Shown: piece after piece, positions 10,135 through 19,731 of the stretch
Layout of the letters: each line of letters starts with the position of its first letter
How positions within the stretch are numbered: position 1 is the stretch's first letter
Made by a program: the position numbers and the translations under genes
From: Candidatus Latescibacterota bacterium
Lineage (GTDB): Bacteria; Latescibacterota; UBA2968; UBA8231
Assembly (NCBI GenBank): GCA_964291625.2
Contig: OZ220089.1
Span: forward strand, 1,984,001 to 2,048,000
Direction: 5' to 3'
DNA length: 64,000 nt
The notes under the pieces: model-generated
The model's input: only the letters and a program-made list of their open reading frames with translations
Database searches by the model: none
Told to the model about the DNA's origin: nothing

Positions 10135-10182
10135 GACCCAAGAGCGCCCGGCGAGGGCGCCGCACCGACAGGAGGTGGCGAC

Positions 10183-10905
10183 ATGACCAGATCCCTCACA
10201 GGTCTCTTGCTCGCGCTGGCAGCGGTTTCCGCCACCGGCTGCTACACCGTCCTGCGGGCCCCCGGGGGCTTCACCACCCCCGAGGAACCCGCCTATTCCG
10301 CCACCTGGGAAGAGCCAGCGGACCGCGATCCCCGCATCGGCCGGTTCACCGACGACCGCGGCCTGGACACCCCGGGCTACGGCTCCTACGGCAGCGGCTA
10401 TCCGATCTTCGGCTACGACTCCCGGTACGGCATGTACGGCTTCGGGTCGCCCTTCGCATACGGTCCGGGCTACGGATACGGATACGGCCATCGGTACGGC
10501 GGCTACGGACCCTACGGCTACAGCCCCTACTACGGACCCTACGGCTACGGCTACGACCCCTACTATTCCCGCGGCAGCTACGTGCCCCCGGGGTACGAGC
10601 TGGTGACCACAACCGAGCTGTCCGAGTTGAGGGCCGGACTCACCAGCAGGGGGCCGACCTCGGAGTCCCCCACCGTCGACGAAACCGCCCTTCGGGAGCG
10701 GCAGCGGCAGAGCCAGGAGCGCGCCTGGACGCAGCGGGTCGAGCCGACGGTGCGGCGCTCGACCGTCGGTCAGCGCACCACCCGGTCCCCGGAGAGCCCC
10801 AAGTCCAGCGGCACCGTTTCCTCCTCCAGCTCCCCGAAACCCGCCTCCTCGGAGGAGAAGAGCAGCGGCAGCTCGGCGGCCAAGCGCCGGAAGAAGCGCC
10901 GCTGA
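10183..10905 (+). CDS. Lipoprotein with Gly/Tyr-rich low-complexity core and Ser/Lys/Arg-rich tail
   Basis: Lipobox ATGC, strong RBS, GYGYGYG/YGPYGY repeats, tail SSSSSPKPASSEEKSSGSSAAKRRKKRR. Confidence 0.8.
   Translation: MTRSLTGLLLALAAVSATGCYTVLRAPGGFTTPEEPAYSATWEEPADRDPRIGRFTDDRGLDTPGYGSYGSGYPIFGYDSRYGMYGFGSPFAYGPGYGYGYGHRYGGYGPYGYSPYYGPYGYGYDPYYSRGSYVPPGYELVTTTELSELRAGLTSRGPTSESPTVDETALRERQRQSQERAWTQRVEPTVRRSTVGQRTTRSPESPKSSGTVSSSSSPKPASSEEKSSGSSAAKRRKKRR
10504..10548 (+). repeat. 18-bp direct repeat within the GY-rich coding region
   Basis: TACGGACCCTACGGCTAC at 10504-10521 and 10531-10548. Confidence 0.85.
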
Positions 10906-10936
10906 CGGAACCCAACGCCGACAGCGAGGCCCGCAG

Positions 10937-10980
10937 GAAAGAGGGGGCGGCTCCAGGCCGGAGCCGCCCCCTTTCTCTTG
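10937..10980. terminator. Intrinsic terminator, probably bidirectional
   Basis: GGGGGCGGCTCC-aggcc-GGAGCCGCCCCC stem, flanked by GAAAGA and TTTCTCTT, between convergent genes. Confidence 0.8.
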
Positions 10981-11006
10981 TTCCGGCGCCCGTCCTTCGC
11001 GCCGGC

Positions 11007-11726
11007 TCAGTCCCCGCTGCTATCGAAGCGACGCGTCTGTCGGCTCGGCGGCGGCGCAACCCGCGCCAGGAACTGCCGCAGCGGCGGGGCCAGGGCCGTC
11101 AGCATCTGCCGCTCGGTGCGGTCCCGGCCGCCCCCAAGAAGGTCCAGTTGCACCGGCTGCCAGCTGCTGTGCCGGCCCTCGTGGCTCCAGTGCCCGCCGG
11201 TGGCCAGGTTCACCAGCAGCAGGTGCAGGTTCACCGTGATGTTCACCCTCGGACTGGCGGCCATGCCTCCGTAGGGGGTCGGGGTCATGGGCGACATGCG
11301 CGCGTCCAGGCTGCGGAGGGTGACGAAGACGAGGGCGTCGAGGCCCAGCTCGCTCACCATGGCGCTCTTCAGGCTGTCGCCGAAGACGGCCGCCGAGTCC
11401 AGCTCCACGTCGCGGAAGTGCCAGCGGATCTCGTCCTGGCCGATCACCGTGCGGTCGGACAAGTTCCGGAGACCTCCGGCGGTGGCGTCGGTGAGGCGCC
11501 CCATGACCTTCTCGATGTCCAGGTCCTGCAGCGGCATGATGTCGGTAGCCGAGAGCACGCCGATCGTCTCCACGCCCTCGAGCAGGGGGCGGATCTCGGC
11601 GTCGGGCACGGAGGGCGCCCGGAACTCGACGGCCGTACCCATGCCGGCGCCGCGGCCGCCGCACCCGCACAGGCACAGGAGGGCCATCCAGACCGTTGCC
11701 CGGCGCGCCCAACGCCCGGCCGCCAC
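11007..11726 (-). CDS. Hypothetical lipoprotein
   Basis: GTG 2 nt after the Omp85 stop. Lipobox-like LLCLCGC followed by an alpha/beta globular domain. Confidence 0.7.
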   Translation of the reverse strand: MAAGRWARRATVWMALLCLCGCGGRGAGMGTAVEFRAPSVPDAEIRPLLEGVETIGVLSATDIMPLQDLDIEKVMGRLTDATAGGLRNLSDRTVIGQDEIRWHFRDVELDSAAVFGDSLKSAMVSELGLDALVFVTLRSLDARMSPMTPTPYGGMAASPRVNITVNLHLLLVNLATGGHWSHEGRHSSWQPVQLDLLGGGRDRTERQMLTALAPPLRQFLARVAPPPSRQTRRFDSSGD

Positions 11727-11728
11727 TC

Positions 11729-14700
11729 TCAGAAGCTCCGCCCGAAGCTGAAGTGCATGTGCCACCCGGAAATGTCCTTGAAGTCGGTGCGCCGGGCGAA
11801 CTCGAAGTTCAGCGGCGCCAGTAAGTAGACGAGCAGGCCGAAGCCGACGCCTCCCTGGAGGCGTACCCGCTCCGCCGCCGGGTCGATCTCGACGTGGGGA
11901 CTCTGCAGCGGCCACGGGTCGAGGGTCTGGTCCCGCTTCCAGGCGCTCCCCAGGTCGGCGAAGATGGCGCCGTCCACGGCGGGAATGGCGAATGTCCCGG
12001 GCCAGCCGAAGGTGATGTTGCGGATGAAGGGGACGCGGATCTCTCCGTTGGCCAGGGCCACGCGGGTGCCGGTGAACTTCGAGAACGCGTAGCCCCGCAA
12101 GGGCCCCACGTTGAGGTTGTACCCCGGGTAGAAGGGCAGGAACCAGGCCGGCCCGCCGAGGTTGTACTCGAGGCCGTCGCGCCCCAGGGAGCCGATGCCC
12201 GTGCCCCGCAACCCGAGGACCGACCAGCGGCCCAGGCGCAGGTAGTGGCGGTAGTCGATCTCCACGTGGGTGAAGTTGCGGTCCCCTTCCCTCAGGGCCA
12301 GCGTGCGCCCGGCGGAGAGGTAGTAGCGCCGTCCCGCCGTGGGCCCGAGGAGCCCGATATTGAGGGAATCGTGGACGTAGGCGGCCTTGAACAGGTGCGT
12401 GCTGGAGCCGTCGATCGGCTCCTGCACCGGCCACGCGATCTCGCGCTGCTCGTCGACGAAGGAGTACGACAGCTCGACGCGCCGGTACACATCGAGGGGG
12501 TAGCTGATGTCCGCCAGCACCCCGGTCTGGCGGCTGCGCACCAGCCCCCGGGTGAGACGGGCACCGATCCCGTAGTAGCCCCCGAAGGGACCCCGGCCCT
12601 CGTTGTCGTTGAAGTACTGGTTCCAGTTGAAGACCATGGCGCTGTACGTGGGCCGGCGGCCATGGTAGCTGTAGCCGGCGGCGAAGGTGAAATCGTTGTT
12701 GATCTCCTGGGAACCCACGTAGTCGGTGAACAGGGTGAGGTCGTGGTTGCCCAGGAGGTCGCTCATGCTCAACTGGGCCACCCCGGCGAGGAAGCCCGAG
12801 TAGTAGCCCATCTGCAGGGCCACCCCGTCGAACTCCAGCTTGGGCGTGTACCGCCGCCGGGGCAGGCCCTCCAGGGCGCTCTCGGGACCGCCCGGGAGCC
12901 GCGCCGTGTCCCGCCGCAGGGCGTCGCCCAGGTCCTCCAGGCCTCCCCCCGGCGAGGGTGTCCCGCCCTTGCCGGCAGCGACCGCGCCGGCGTCGCCGCC
13001 GGAGGTCTCCGCCAGCTTCATCGCCTGGTTGGTGTCCGCCTTGCGGTCGAGGACGGCCACCGCCTCCTCCAGGCCGAGGCGGGTTGCGCCGGCCAGGGCC
13101 GAGGCCGCAGTGTCGGCCGCGCCCTTCTGCACGAGGAGGATGGGGTCGTGCCCGGACGGCCCTTCACCGGCTTCGGTGGCCTCGGCAGCGACCGGCTCGG
13201 CGCCGACCCGCGCCGCCAGCTCCTCGCTGCGCCGCCGCAGCTCCGGCATGGAGGGCATGTCCATGCGGTACATCTCGCGGCGGCTGTGGTAGTAGGTGTT
13301 GAGCACCAGTTGCTGGCCGTCGGGGGACAGGGAGGGGTTCATGATGCCGGAGAGGGTGCGCGTCAGGCGGTACTCGCGGCCGTCGCCGAGGTCCTGCAGG
13401 AACAGGTCGTTGATGCCGTCGCGGGTGGAGACGAAGAGGACCCTGTCGCCCTCCGGAGTCCACTCCGGCCACAGGTCGTCGCCCGGGGTGGCCACCAGCG
13501 TCGACTGGCTCCCCGTGTCGAGGTCGTAGAGCTTGATGTCGAACTGGCCCTCCACCTTGGCGCTGAAGGCGAGGCTCCTCCCGTCGGGATGGAAGTCGGG
13601 GTGGTCCTCCCGCCGGGATGTCCCGGTCAGCTGGCGGACCTGCTCGGTGGCCACGTCCACCATGTAGAGGTCGCTCTGCCCGTAGCCGGTGCCGACGAAG
13701 GCCAGGCGGCGGCTGTCGGGCGCCCAGTCGAGTCCCTCGACGATCTCGATGTCGTCGAAGGAGAGGGTGCTCACCAGCTTCTTGTCGTACAGGTCCCAGA
13801 GGACGATGGCGTCCTTCGGACCGTCCTTGCCCACCAGGGCGATGGTGCTCCCGTCCGGGGCCCAGGCCACGGTGCCGTCGCCGAAGGTCAGGTCGTCGAA
13901 GACGCGAGTGCGCATGCCGGTGGTGACACGCTGCACCCGGCGGCCGTTGCTGACCCGGATGATGTCGACGTGCTGCTCCACGCCGTCGGTGCTGAGGACG
14001 GCGAGCATGTCGCCTCCCAGGGACCACTCCGGCGACATGTACAGGCCGTGGATCTCGTCGTTGTCGACGACGCGGCTGGCGAACTCGGAGACGTAGTCGC
14101 GGTGCTGCAGCAGCGGCCAGTAGCGCTTGCGCATGTGCGCCTGCCAGCGCTCGTCGAGGGTGCTCATGTCCATGTCGATGAGGCGCTCGAGGAGCCTGTC
14201 CGTGTCGGTCTGCTGGTCCCACACGCGCAGGATGCGGCTCACCTTCTCGGGCCCGAAGTTGGCCGCCAGGTACTCCATCAGGCTGTGGCTCTGCTTGTAG
14301 GCCAGGAAGGGATTCGGCAGGTAGTTCCAACTCGAGTCCATGACCTCGAGGGGGATCAGCCGGTCCGTCAGCACCGCGTCGCGCAGCACCATCTCGTCGA
14401 TGGTGTTCATCTCCTCCGTCGAGTACTCGGCCAGGCCCTCCATGATCCACGTGGGCGGCCGCGCGATGGGGTTGGAGATGCGCCGCACCGGTCCCCGGTT
14501 CACGATGTCGTACTGGAAGATGTGCATCAGCTCGTGAGTGAGGACGTTGCGGAAGTCGTCGAGATCACCGTTGAAGGGGATCACCATGCGGTAGCGCAGG
14601 GGCTCGGCGAAACCCGCCACCCCGGGCGGCAGGAAGGCCTGGATGATGTTCGTCTGCTGGAACTCGTAGTGCGACTTGAAGATGACGATGGGCGGCTTGG

Positions 14701-14998
14701 TCGACAGCTCGTGGCGCATGAGGGCGCTGATGTGGACGTAGGCCTCCTCGAGGTACTCCACGGCCCGGTCGGCGAGATCCTCGAACTCCGGCTCGTAGTG
14801 GAGGAGCAGGTGCTCGCTCTCGACGAAGTGCCAGTCGAAGTCCTTGTAGCGCACCTTGTTCTTGCCGAATCCCTGGCGCAACTGGGAGGACAGGATGTCC
14901 TGGGCCGAGGCGCCGCCGGGCAGCCAGGCCAGGCACGCGGCCAGCAGCAGGGCGCCGGCGCGGATGCGGCGTGTATGAGAGTTCATGGTGGGCATCAC
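11729..14998 (-). CDS. WD40/TolB-propeller Omp85-family protein with N-terminal zincin (peptidase MA-like) domain
   Basis: FGKNKVRY, HELMH...WIMEGLAEY gluzincin motif, PD40 repeats (WAPDG, FHPDG, WTPEG, LSPDG), PLRGY loop-6 motif, terminal FSFGRSF. Confidence 0.88.
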   Translation of the reverse strand: MMPTMNSHTRRIRAGALLLAACLAWLPGGASAQDILSSQLRQGFGKNKVRYKDFDWHFVESEHLLLHYEPEFEDLADRAVEYLEEAYVHISALMRHELSTKPPIVIFKSHYEFQQTNIIQAFLPPGVAGFAEPLRYRMVIPFNGDLDDFRNVLTHELMHIFQYDIVNRGPVRRISNPIARPPTWIMEGLAEYSTEEMNTIDEMVLRDAVLTDRLIPLEVMDSSWNYLPNPFLAYKQSHSLMEYLAANFGPEKVSRILRVWDQQTDTDRLLERLIDMDMSTLDERWQAHMRKRYWPLLQHRDYVSEFASRVVDNDEIHGLYMSPEWSLGGDMLAVLSTDGVEQHVDIIRVSNGRRVQRVTTGMRTRVFDDLTFGDGTVAWAPDGSTIALVGKDGPKDAIVLWDLYDKKLVSTLSFDDIEIVEGLDWAPDSRRLAFVGTGYGQSDLYMVDVATEQVRQLTGTSRREDHPDFHPDGRSLAFSAKVEGQFDIKLYDLDTGSQSTLVATPGDDLWPEWTPEGDRVLFVSTRDGINDLFLQDLGDGREYRLTRTLSGIMNPSLSPDGQQLVLNTYYHSRREMYRMDMPSMPELRRRSEELAARVGAEPVAAEATEAGEGPSGHDPILLVQKGAADTAASALAGATRLGLEEAVAVLDRKADTNQAMKLAETSGGDAGAVAAGKGGTPSPGGGLEDLGDALRRDTARLPGGPESALEGLPRRRYTPKLEFDGVALQMGYYSGFLAGVAQLSMSDLLGNHDLTLFTDYVGSQEINNDFTFAAGYSYHGRRPTYSAMVFNWNQYFNDNEGRGPFGGYYGIGARLTRGLVRSRQTGVLADISYPLDVYRRVELSYSFVDEQREIAWPVQEPIDGSSTHLFKAAYVHDSLNIGLLGPTAGRRYYLSAGRTLALREGDRNFTHVEIDYRHYLRLGRWSVLGLRGTGIGSLGRDGLEYNLGGPAWFLPFYPGYNLNVGPLRGYAFSKFTGTRVALANGEIRVPFIRNITFGWPGTFAIPAVDGAIFADLGSAWKRDQTLDPWPLQSPHVEIDPAAERVRLQGGVGFGLLVYLLAPLNFEFARRTDFKDISGWHMHFSFGRSF

Positions 14999-15762
14999 CC
15001 TTCCTCCGGCGTTTCCCGAGCCGGGGCGCTCCCTCGGCGGCGTTCCCTGGCCCGCGGCAGTCCGTCGATGTCGACGCTGTCCTCCGGTACCCCGCGCGCC
15101 TCCGCGGCCTTGCGGAGGTAGCTCAGATTGGCCTGGTACAACCGCTTGCCGGGGGCCAGCCGGGCGGCGAACTCATACGCCGCCCGCGCCTTCTCCCGCT
15201 CTCCGAGCCGTTCGTAGAGGATCCCGAGGTTGTTGTGCAGGCTCGCCGACAGGCTGTCCACGGCGACGGCCTGCTCGAGGTGGATCCGCGCCTCTTCCCA
15301 GAGGCCCCGCTCGATGCACCAGAGAGCGTATTCGTTCACCCGCTCGACCCGCTCCCGGTCTTCCCCCGTGCGCGACTCGTAGGCCCGCCGCTGCGCCTGC
15401 ACCACCTCCGGGGACGTTGCGGGCCTCTCCGGGGGACGGGCAGCTTCGACCTCCGGCGGCGGCTCGGTACCGGCCGGAGCCGGTCTGGCCGGCGGTGCAG
15501 CGGCCGCCAGGGAGTCCGGACCCTCCACGGCCTCCGGCGGGTGAGCTCTCCCCGCGGCGGCGCCGAGGGAGTCGGGCGGCGGCGCGTCTTCCAGCGCCGA
15601 CACCGTGTCCTGTTGGACCTCCTCCGCCCCGGGGGGGTTCCCCTCCGCCTCCCACCAGGGCACGGCACTCTGCCGCGGCTGGCGGGCGACCTGGGTGCAG
15701 GCGGCCGCGGCCAGTGCGAGCAGGCACAGGGACAGCTTCCAGTTGGGGGTACCGGAACTCAC
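14995..15762 (-). CDS. TPR-repeat lipoprotein
   Basis: Lipobox LAAAAC, Pro/Ala linker, TPR helices (ASLHNNLGILYERLGEREKARAAYEFA). Confidence 0.82.
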   Translation of the reverse strand: MSSGTPNWKLSLCLLALAAAACTQVARQPRQSAVPWWEAEGNPPGAEEVQQDTVSALEDAPPPDSLGAAAGRAHPPEAVEGPDSLAAAAPPARPAPAGTEPPPEVEAARPPERPATSPEVVQAQRRAYESRTGEDRERVERVNEYALWCIERGLWEEARIHLEQAVAVDSLSASLHNNLGILYERLGEREKARAAYEFAARLAPGKRLYQANLSYLRKAAEARGVPEDSVDIDGLPRARERRRGSAPARETPEEG

Positions 15763-15838
15763 GACGAGACCTGGATCGGGAAGGAGGAGACGTCGGCGAG
15801 GATGAAGAGGTTGAATATACGCACCGGTACCGGCGGCT

Positions 15839-17224
15839 TCATGCCCGTTCGGAGACCGTCTCTCCGCTCACGGCGCCGCGTCGAGCGGCGGCCCACCGGA
15901 CCAGGCACCAGCCGAGCAGCAGGTATACCGGGCCGTACTCGACCCAGGCCACCCACTCCGAGGACTGCCACGTCCCCGTCCCGCGGTAGGGCATGAGCGC
16001 CTCGTAGCCGAGGAAGGCGAGCCAGCTGAAAGCCATCCACGGCAGGGCCGGGTGCATGGGCAGGAAGGCCAGGATCCAGAGCAGGTACCAGGGATGCACG
16101 ACGGGGGACAGCAGCAGCAGGGCCCCCATGGAGGCCGAAACGGCGCGCACCGGGTCCCGCCAGCCGGCGGCCGCCCAGGCGGTCACCGCCGCCAGCGCCG
16201 CCAGGCAGATCCAGCGGGCCGTCATCAGGGCGCCGTCGTCCCACTCCCAGCCGGGCTTCGGGTCGGAGAGCAGGGAGTAGACCAGGCCGTAGAGGCTGTC
16301 GTTATGACGCCACTTCACGGCGAAGGTCCGCAGCCCCGACCACATGGCGCCGCCGGCGTCGGCGTACGCGAGCCAGGCGGCGGCCATGCCGAGAGGCACC
16401 CACACCAGGGGCCGGCGCGGCATCGGATCGAGCCACCGTCGCCAGCCCCGCGAGTCCGCCGGCGCCCAGGATCGCCAGAAGACGGCCAGACACAGCACGG
16501 GGACCACCTTGGACAGGATCGCCGCCGTCAGGGCCAGGGCCGCCCCGTGCCGGCGGCCCGACGCCAGGAACAGCAGACCCACCATCATCAGGGTCACCCC
16601 GAGGACGTCGACGTGGCCGTTGCCGGCGATCTCGATGACGGGCAGCGGATGCCAGGCATAGAGCAGCAACCGCAGCGGATTCTGCCCGCGGTGCTTCAGC
16701 AGGCACCAGAGCACGGCCATCAGGAGCAGGTCGCAGAGGACGAGGGCCGCCTTCAGCCCGGTGGCCCCCGGCCACGCCGCGTGGGCGCCCCGGAAGAGCC
16801 ACTGCGCCACCGGCGGATAGATGGTGACGAGCTCGGGATGGTTGATCCGCCCCCAGTCGTGGTCCCGCAGCGGCGCGAGGGAGGCGTCGTCCGGCGCCTG
16901 AGCATATGGATTCCCGCCGGCGGCCTGCACCCGCGCGTCCCACAGGTAGCGGTAGATGTCGTCCGACAGGGAAGGCGGAGTGTCGAGCAGCAGCAGCCGG
17001 AAGAGGACGGCGAAGCCGGCCACGACGGCGGCGGTGCCGGGCGCCGCGCAGGGGGCGCGCAGCACCAGCCAGGCGGCGTACGCCCAGGCGGCCAGGGCCG
17101 GCAGCAGGGCCAGCCACATCCCCGGCACGTCCTCGCCGAGATCGCCTGTCGCCCGGAGCCACACGAAGCCGCCGGTCAGCACCCCCCCGGCGGCCAGCAG
17201 ACTTGCGCGGGGGTATCTCAGCAT
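15839..17224 (-). CDS. Membrane GT-C glycosyltransferase (GT87/DUF2029-like)
   Basis: SLSDDIYRYLWD, NPY, TIYPPVAQ, YAWHPLPVIEIAGNGHVD, SPVVHPWY, many TM helices. Confidence 0.85.
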   Translation of the reverse strand: MLRYPRASLLAAGGVLTGGFVWLRATGDLGEDVPGMWLALLPALAAWAYAAWLVLRAPCAAPGTAAVVAGFAVLFRLLLLDTPPSLSDDIYRYLWDARVQAAGGNPYAQAPDDASLAPLRDHDWGRINHPELVTIYPPVAQWLFRGAHAAWPGATGLKAALVLCDLLLMAVLWCLLKHRGQNPLRLLLYAWHPLPVIEIAGNGHVDVLGVTLMMVGLLFLASGRRHGAALALTAAILSKVVPVLCLAVFWRSWAPADSRGWRRWLDPMPRRPLVWVPLGMAAAWLAYADAGGAMWSGLRTFAVKWRHNDSLYGLVYSLLSDPKPGWEWDDGALMTARWICLAALAAVTAWAAAGWRDPVRAVSASMGALLLLSPVVHPWYLLWILAFLPMHPALPWMAFSWLAFLGYEALMPYRGTGTWQSSEWVAWVEYGPVYLLLGWCLVRWAAARRGAVSGETVSERA

Positions 17225-17306
17225 GGCGCCCGACCTCGCAGGGCACCTCCCGGGGCGGGTGCGCCCTCCCTCGCCCGGGAGAACGGGGGCCTGGGAGGCG
17301 GATGTC

Positions 17307-18161
17307 TCAATAGCTGAAGAACCCGCGCCCCGTCTTGCGCCCCAGCCGGCCTTCCGCGACCAGCCGGCGGAGGCTCGCCGGCGGCGCGTACCGCGGGCCG
17401 AGGCGCGCCTCGAGGGATTCGAGGATGTCCAGGCAGACATCGAGACCGACGAAATCGGCCAGCGCCAGGGGGCCGATGGGATGGCCGGCGCCCAGGCGCA
17501 CGGCGCGGTCCAGGTCCTCCGCTGACGCGACCCCCTCCTCCAGGGCCCGGACCGCCTCGGCGACCATGGCGAAGAGCAGCCGGTTGACGGCGAAGCCCGG
17601 CCGGTTGCCGACCTCGATCGGGGTCTTGCCGCAGCGGCGCGCCAGCTCGGCCACGGCCGTCACCACCTCCGGGGACGTCTGCGGCGCGGCGACGATCTCC
17701 ACCAGGGGCATGGCCGGCGGCGGGTTGAAGAAGTGCAGGCCCACGACCCGATGAGGGTGGGCCGCGGCGCCCGCCAGGGCCTCCAGGTCCAGGCCCGAGG
17801 TGTTGGTGGCGATCACCGCCCCCGGCGGCAGCACGCCATCGAGCCGGGCCAGAACCCGCTGCTTCAGATCCAGGCGCTCGGGAACCGCTTCGATCGCGAG
17901 GTCGGTGCCGGCCAGGTCCGACAGTTCCGCGAGAGCGCGCAGCCGCCCGGCGATCTCATCTGCATCGCCGCGGACCTCGCCGCGCTCGCGGCGGCGGCGC
18001 AAGCGCTCCCGCACCGAATCGACGGCCGCCTCCAGGACTCCGGCGGAGGCGTCGTGCAGCCCCACCCGGAGTCCGGCCTCGACCAGCACCTGGGCGATGC
18101 CGCGGCCCATGGTGCCCGCGCCGACGACCACGGCGCTCTGGAAGTTCAGGTCTGCCCCCAT
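17307..18161 (-). CDS. 3-hydroxyacyl-CoA (3-hydroxybutyryl-CoA) dehydrogenase
   Basis: VVGAGTMGRGIA, EAVPE, ATNTS, GLHFFNP, PGFAVNR, GRLGRKTGRGF. Confidence 0.93.
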   Translation of the reverse strand: MGADLNFQSAVVVGAGTMGRGIAQVLVEAGLRVGLHDASAGVLEAAVDSVRERLRRRRERGEVRGDADEIAGRLRALAELSDLAGTDLAIEAVPERLDLKQRVLARLDGVLPPGAVIATNTSGLDLEALAGAAAHPHRVVGLHFFNPPPAMPLVEIVAAPQTSPEVVTAVAELARRCGKTPIEVGNRPGFAVNRLLFAMVAEAVRALEEGVASAEDLDRAVRLGAGHPIGPLALADFVGLDVCLDILESLEARLGPRYAPPASLRRLVAEGRLGRKTGRGFFSY

Positions 18162-18274
18162 GAGATTCCGGCCCCCGGCTCAAGGTAACCGGCAGCGCCC
18201 GGCCGCCGCCAGCCGCTTGACCACGGGCGCCGCGGCCTTTGGTTCACTGACTCCATCCTCTCCGGAGACCACCC

Positions 18275-19294
18275 TTGGACGACGTGCGAATCGCCTTCAT
18301 CGGCTTCCGCCATGCCCACATCCACAGCCTCTACGAGCGCGCCCTCGCCACGCCCGGCGTGCGCGTGACCGGGGCCTGCGAGGAGCACGAGGAGACCCGC
18401 CGGGCCCTGGCCGGATCGAGCATCGAGATCACCCACCACGAAGCGGACCGCCTGCTCGACGAGGTCGAGTGCGACGCCGTGGCCGTGGGCGACGTGTACG
18501 CCCTCCGCGGCGCCCGGCTCATCGCCGCCCTGGAGCGGGGCCGCCACGTGATCGCCGACAAGCCCTTGTGCACCCGCCTGGAGGAGGTGGAGGCCATCCG
18601 CGCCCTCTCCGCCGCCGGCGGCCAGGAGGTCGGATGCATGCTCACCATGCGGGATGCCGCCGGCCCCCGCGCGGTGCGCGAGCTTATCCGGGAGGGCGCC
18701 ATCGGCGAGGTCCACGCCGTGCAGTTCGGCGGCCAGCACCCCCTCATGCTCGGCTCCCGCCCGGCCTGGTACTTCGAGCCCGGACAGCACGGCGGCACGA
18801 TCAACGACATCGGCATCCACGCCATCGACGGGATCCCCTTCATCACCGGCCTGCGCTTCACGCGGCTGGAGGCGGCGCGCTGCTGGAACGCCTTCGCCCC
18901 CGAAACCCCACATTTCCACGACGGCGCCCAGATGCTGCTCACCATGGACAACGGCTGCGGCGTCGTGGGCGACGTCTCCTACTTCGCCCCCGACGGACCG
19001 GGCTACGGCCTGCCCTACTACTGGCGGATGACGTTCTGGGGGCGCGAAGGCGTCCTCGAGACCGCCACCAACGACGATCACCTGGAGCTGGCCCCGGCAA
19101 AGGGCCGCAAGGTCGAGCGGCGTCCCCTGCCCCCCGGCAACAGCGGCGGATACCTGGACGCCTTCCTCAAGGGGATCCGCGGCGATTCCCGCCAGGAGGG
19201 GGAACTGACAACGGAACAAGTCCTCGCTTCTTCCGAGATGGCCCTGCGGGTGCAGGCGGCGGCCGACGCGGGGGAGCGGGGCGTGGGGTTGTGA
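18275..19294 (+). CDS. Gfo/Idh/MocA-family oxidoreductase
   Basis: N-terminal Rossmann fold, HVIADKP, GGTINDIGIHAID. TTG start. Confidence 0.88.
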   Translation: MDDVRIAFIGFRHAHIHSLYERALATPGVRVTGACEEHEETRRALAGSSIEITHHEADRLLDEVECDAVAVGDVYALRGARLIAALERGRHVIADKPLCTRLEEVEAIRALSAAGGQEVGCMLTMRDAAGPRAVRELIREGAIGEVHAVQFGGQHPLMLGSRPAWYFEPGQHGGTINDIGIHAIDGIPFITGLRFTRLEAARCWNAFAPETPHFHDGAQMLLTMDNGCGVVGDVSYFAPDGPGYGLPYYWRMTFWGREGVLETATNDDHLELAPAKGRKVERRPLPPGNSGGYLDAFLKGIRGDSRQEGELTTEQVLASSEMALRVQAAADAGERGVGL

Positions 19295-19339
19295 GGGCGA
19301 GGGCAGGAAATCTGCAGAGGCGACAGGTAGCCAAGGCCG

Positions 19340-19718
19340 GTACATGCCCACTTGATCCGCTCGCACTGGCCATCGCGTTCTGCATGGTCGCGGTCGGACC
19401 TGACCCTCCACTGTGGGCCCAGGCTTTGGACTCTGCTCCTCCCAAGCCGGATGGCCCCGCGAAGATACAGAGTTCCCAGTGGGAGTTGGCGGCGGCTGAC
19501 CCGAGGCGGCTGAGGAGTGGGATACATCGGGGACCATACGGAGTCAGGAAAGGCTCCGTATCTCTCTGCTCAACCTGGCAGGACAGCGGGTCCGCCTCTT
19601 GCACGATGGTGGAATGGCCGCACCGACTCGGGAACCGACGCCGGATCGGGCGTATACTTGGTAGTTCTTCCGGACACCCGACCTCGCCCAGTCCGCCAGG
19701 CTGGTGCTGATCCGATAG
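19340..19718 (+). pseudogene. Eroded gene relic ending in a FlgD-Ig / T9SS-CTD-like domain
   Basis: Frame-shifted fragments ISLLNLAGQRVRLLHDG, WNGRTDSGTDAGSGVYLVVL and RTPDLAQSARLVLIR* (TAG 19716-19718). The 5' boundary is approximate. Confidence 0.7.
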
Positions 19719-19731
19719 GGAGACCGCCACC

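Noticed and set aside
10360-10580. Possible CRISPR or tandem array
   Set aside because: The repeats are codon-level Gly/Tyr repeats inside a lipoprotein, with no spacer structure and no cas genes.
11894-15121. 1075-aa (+) ORF, and similar long ORFs at 31536-34526, 36600-39440, 45450-47855 and 58923-62264
   Set aside because: Antisense mirrors of well-supported genes, typical of high-GC codon bias.
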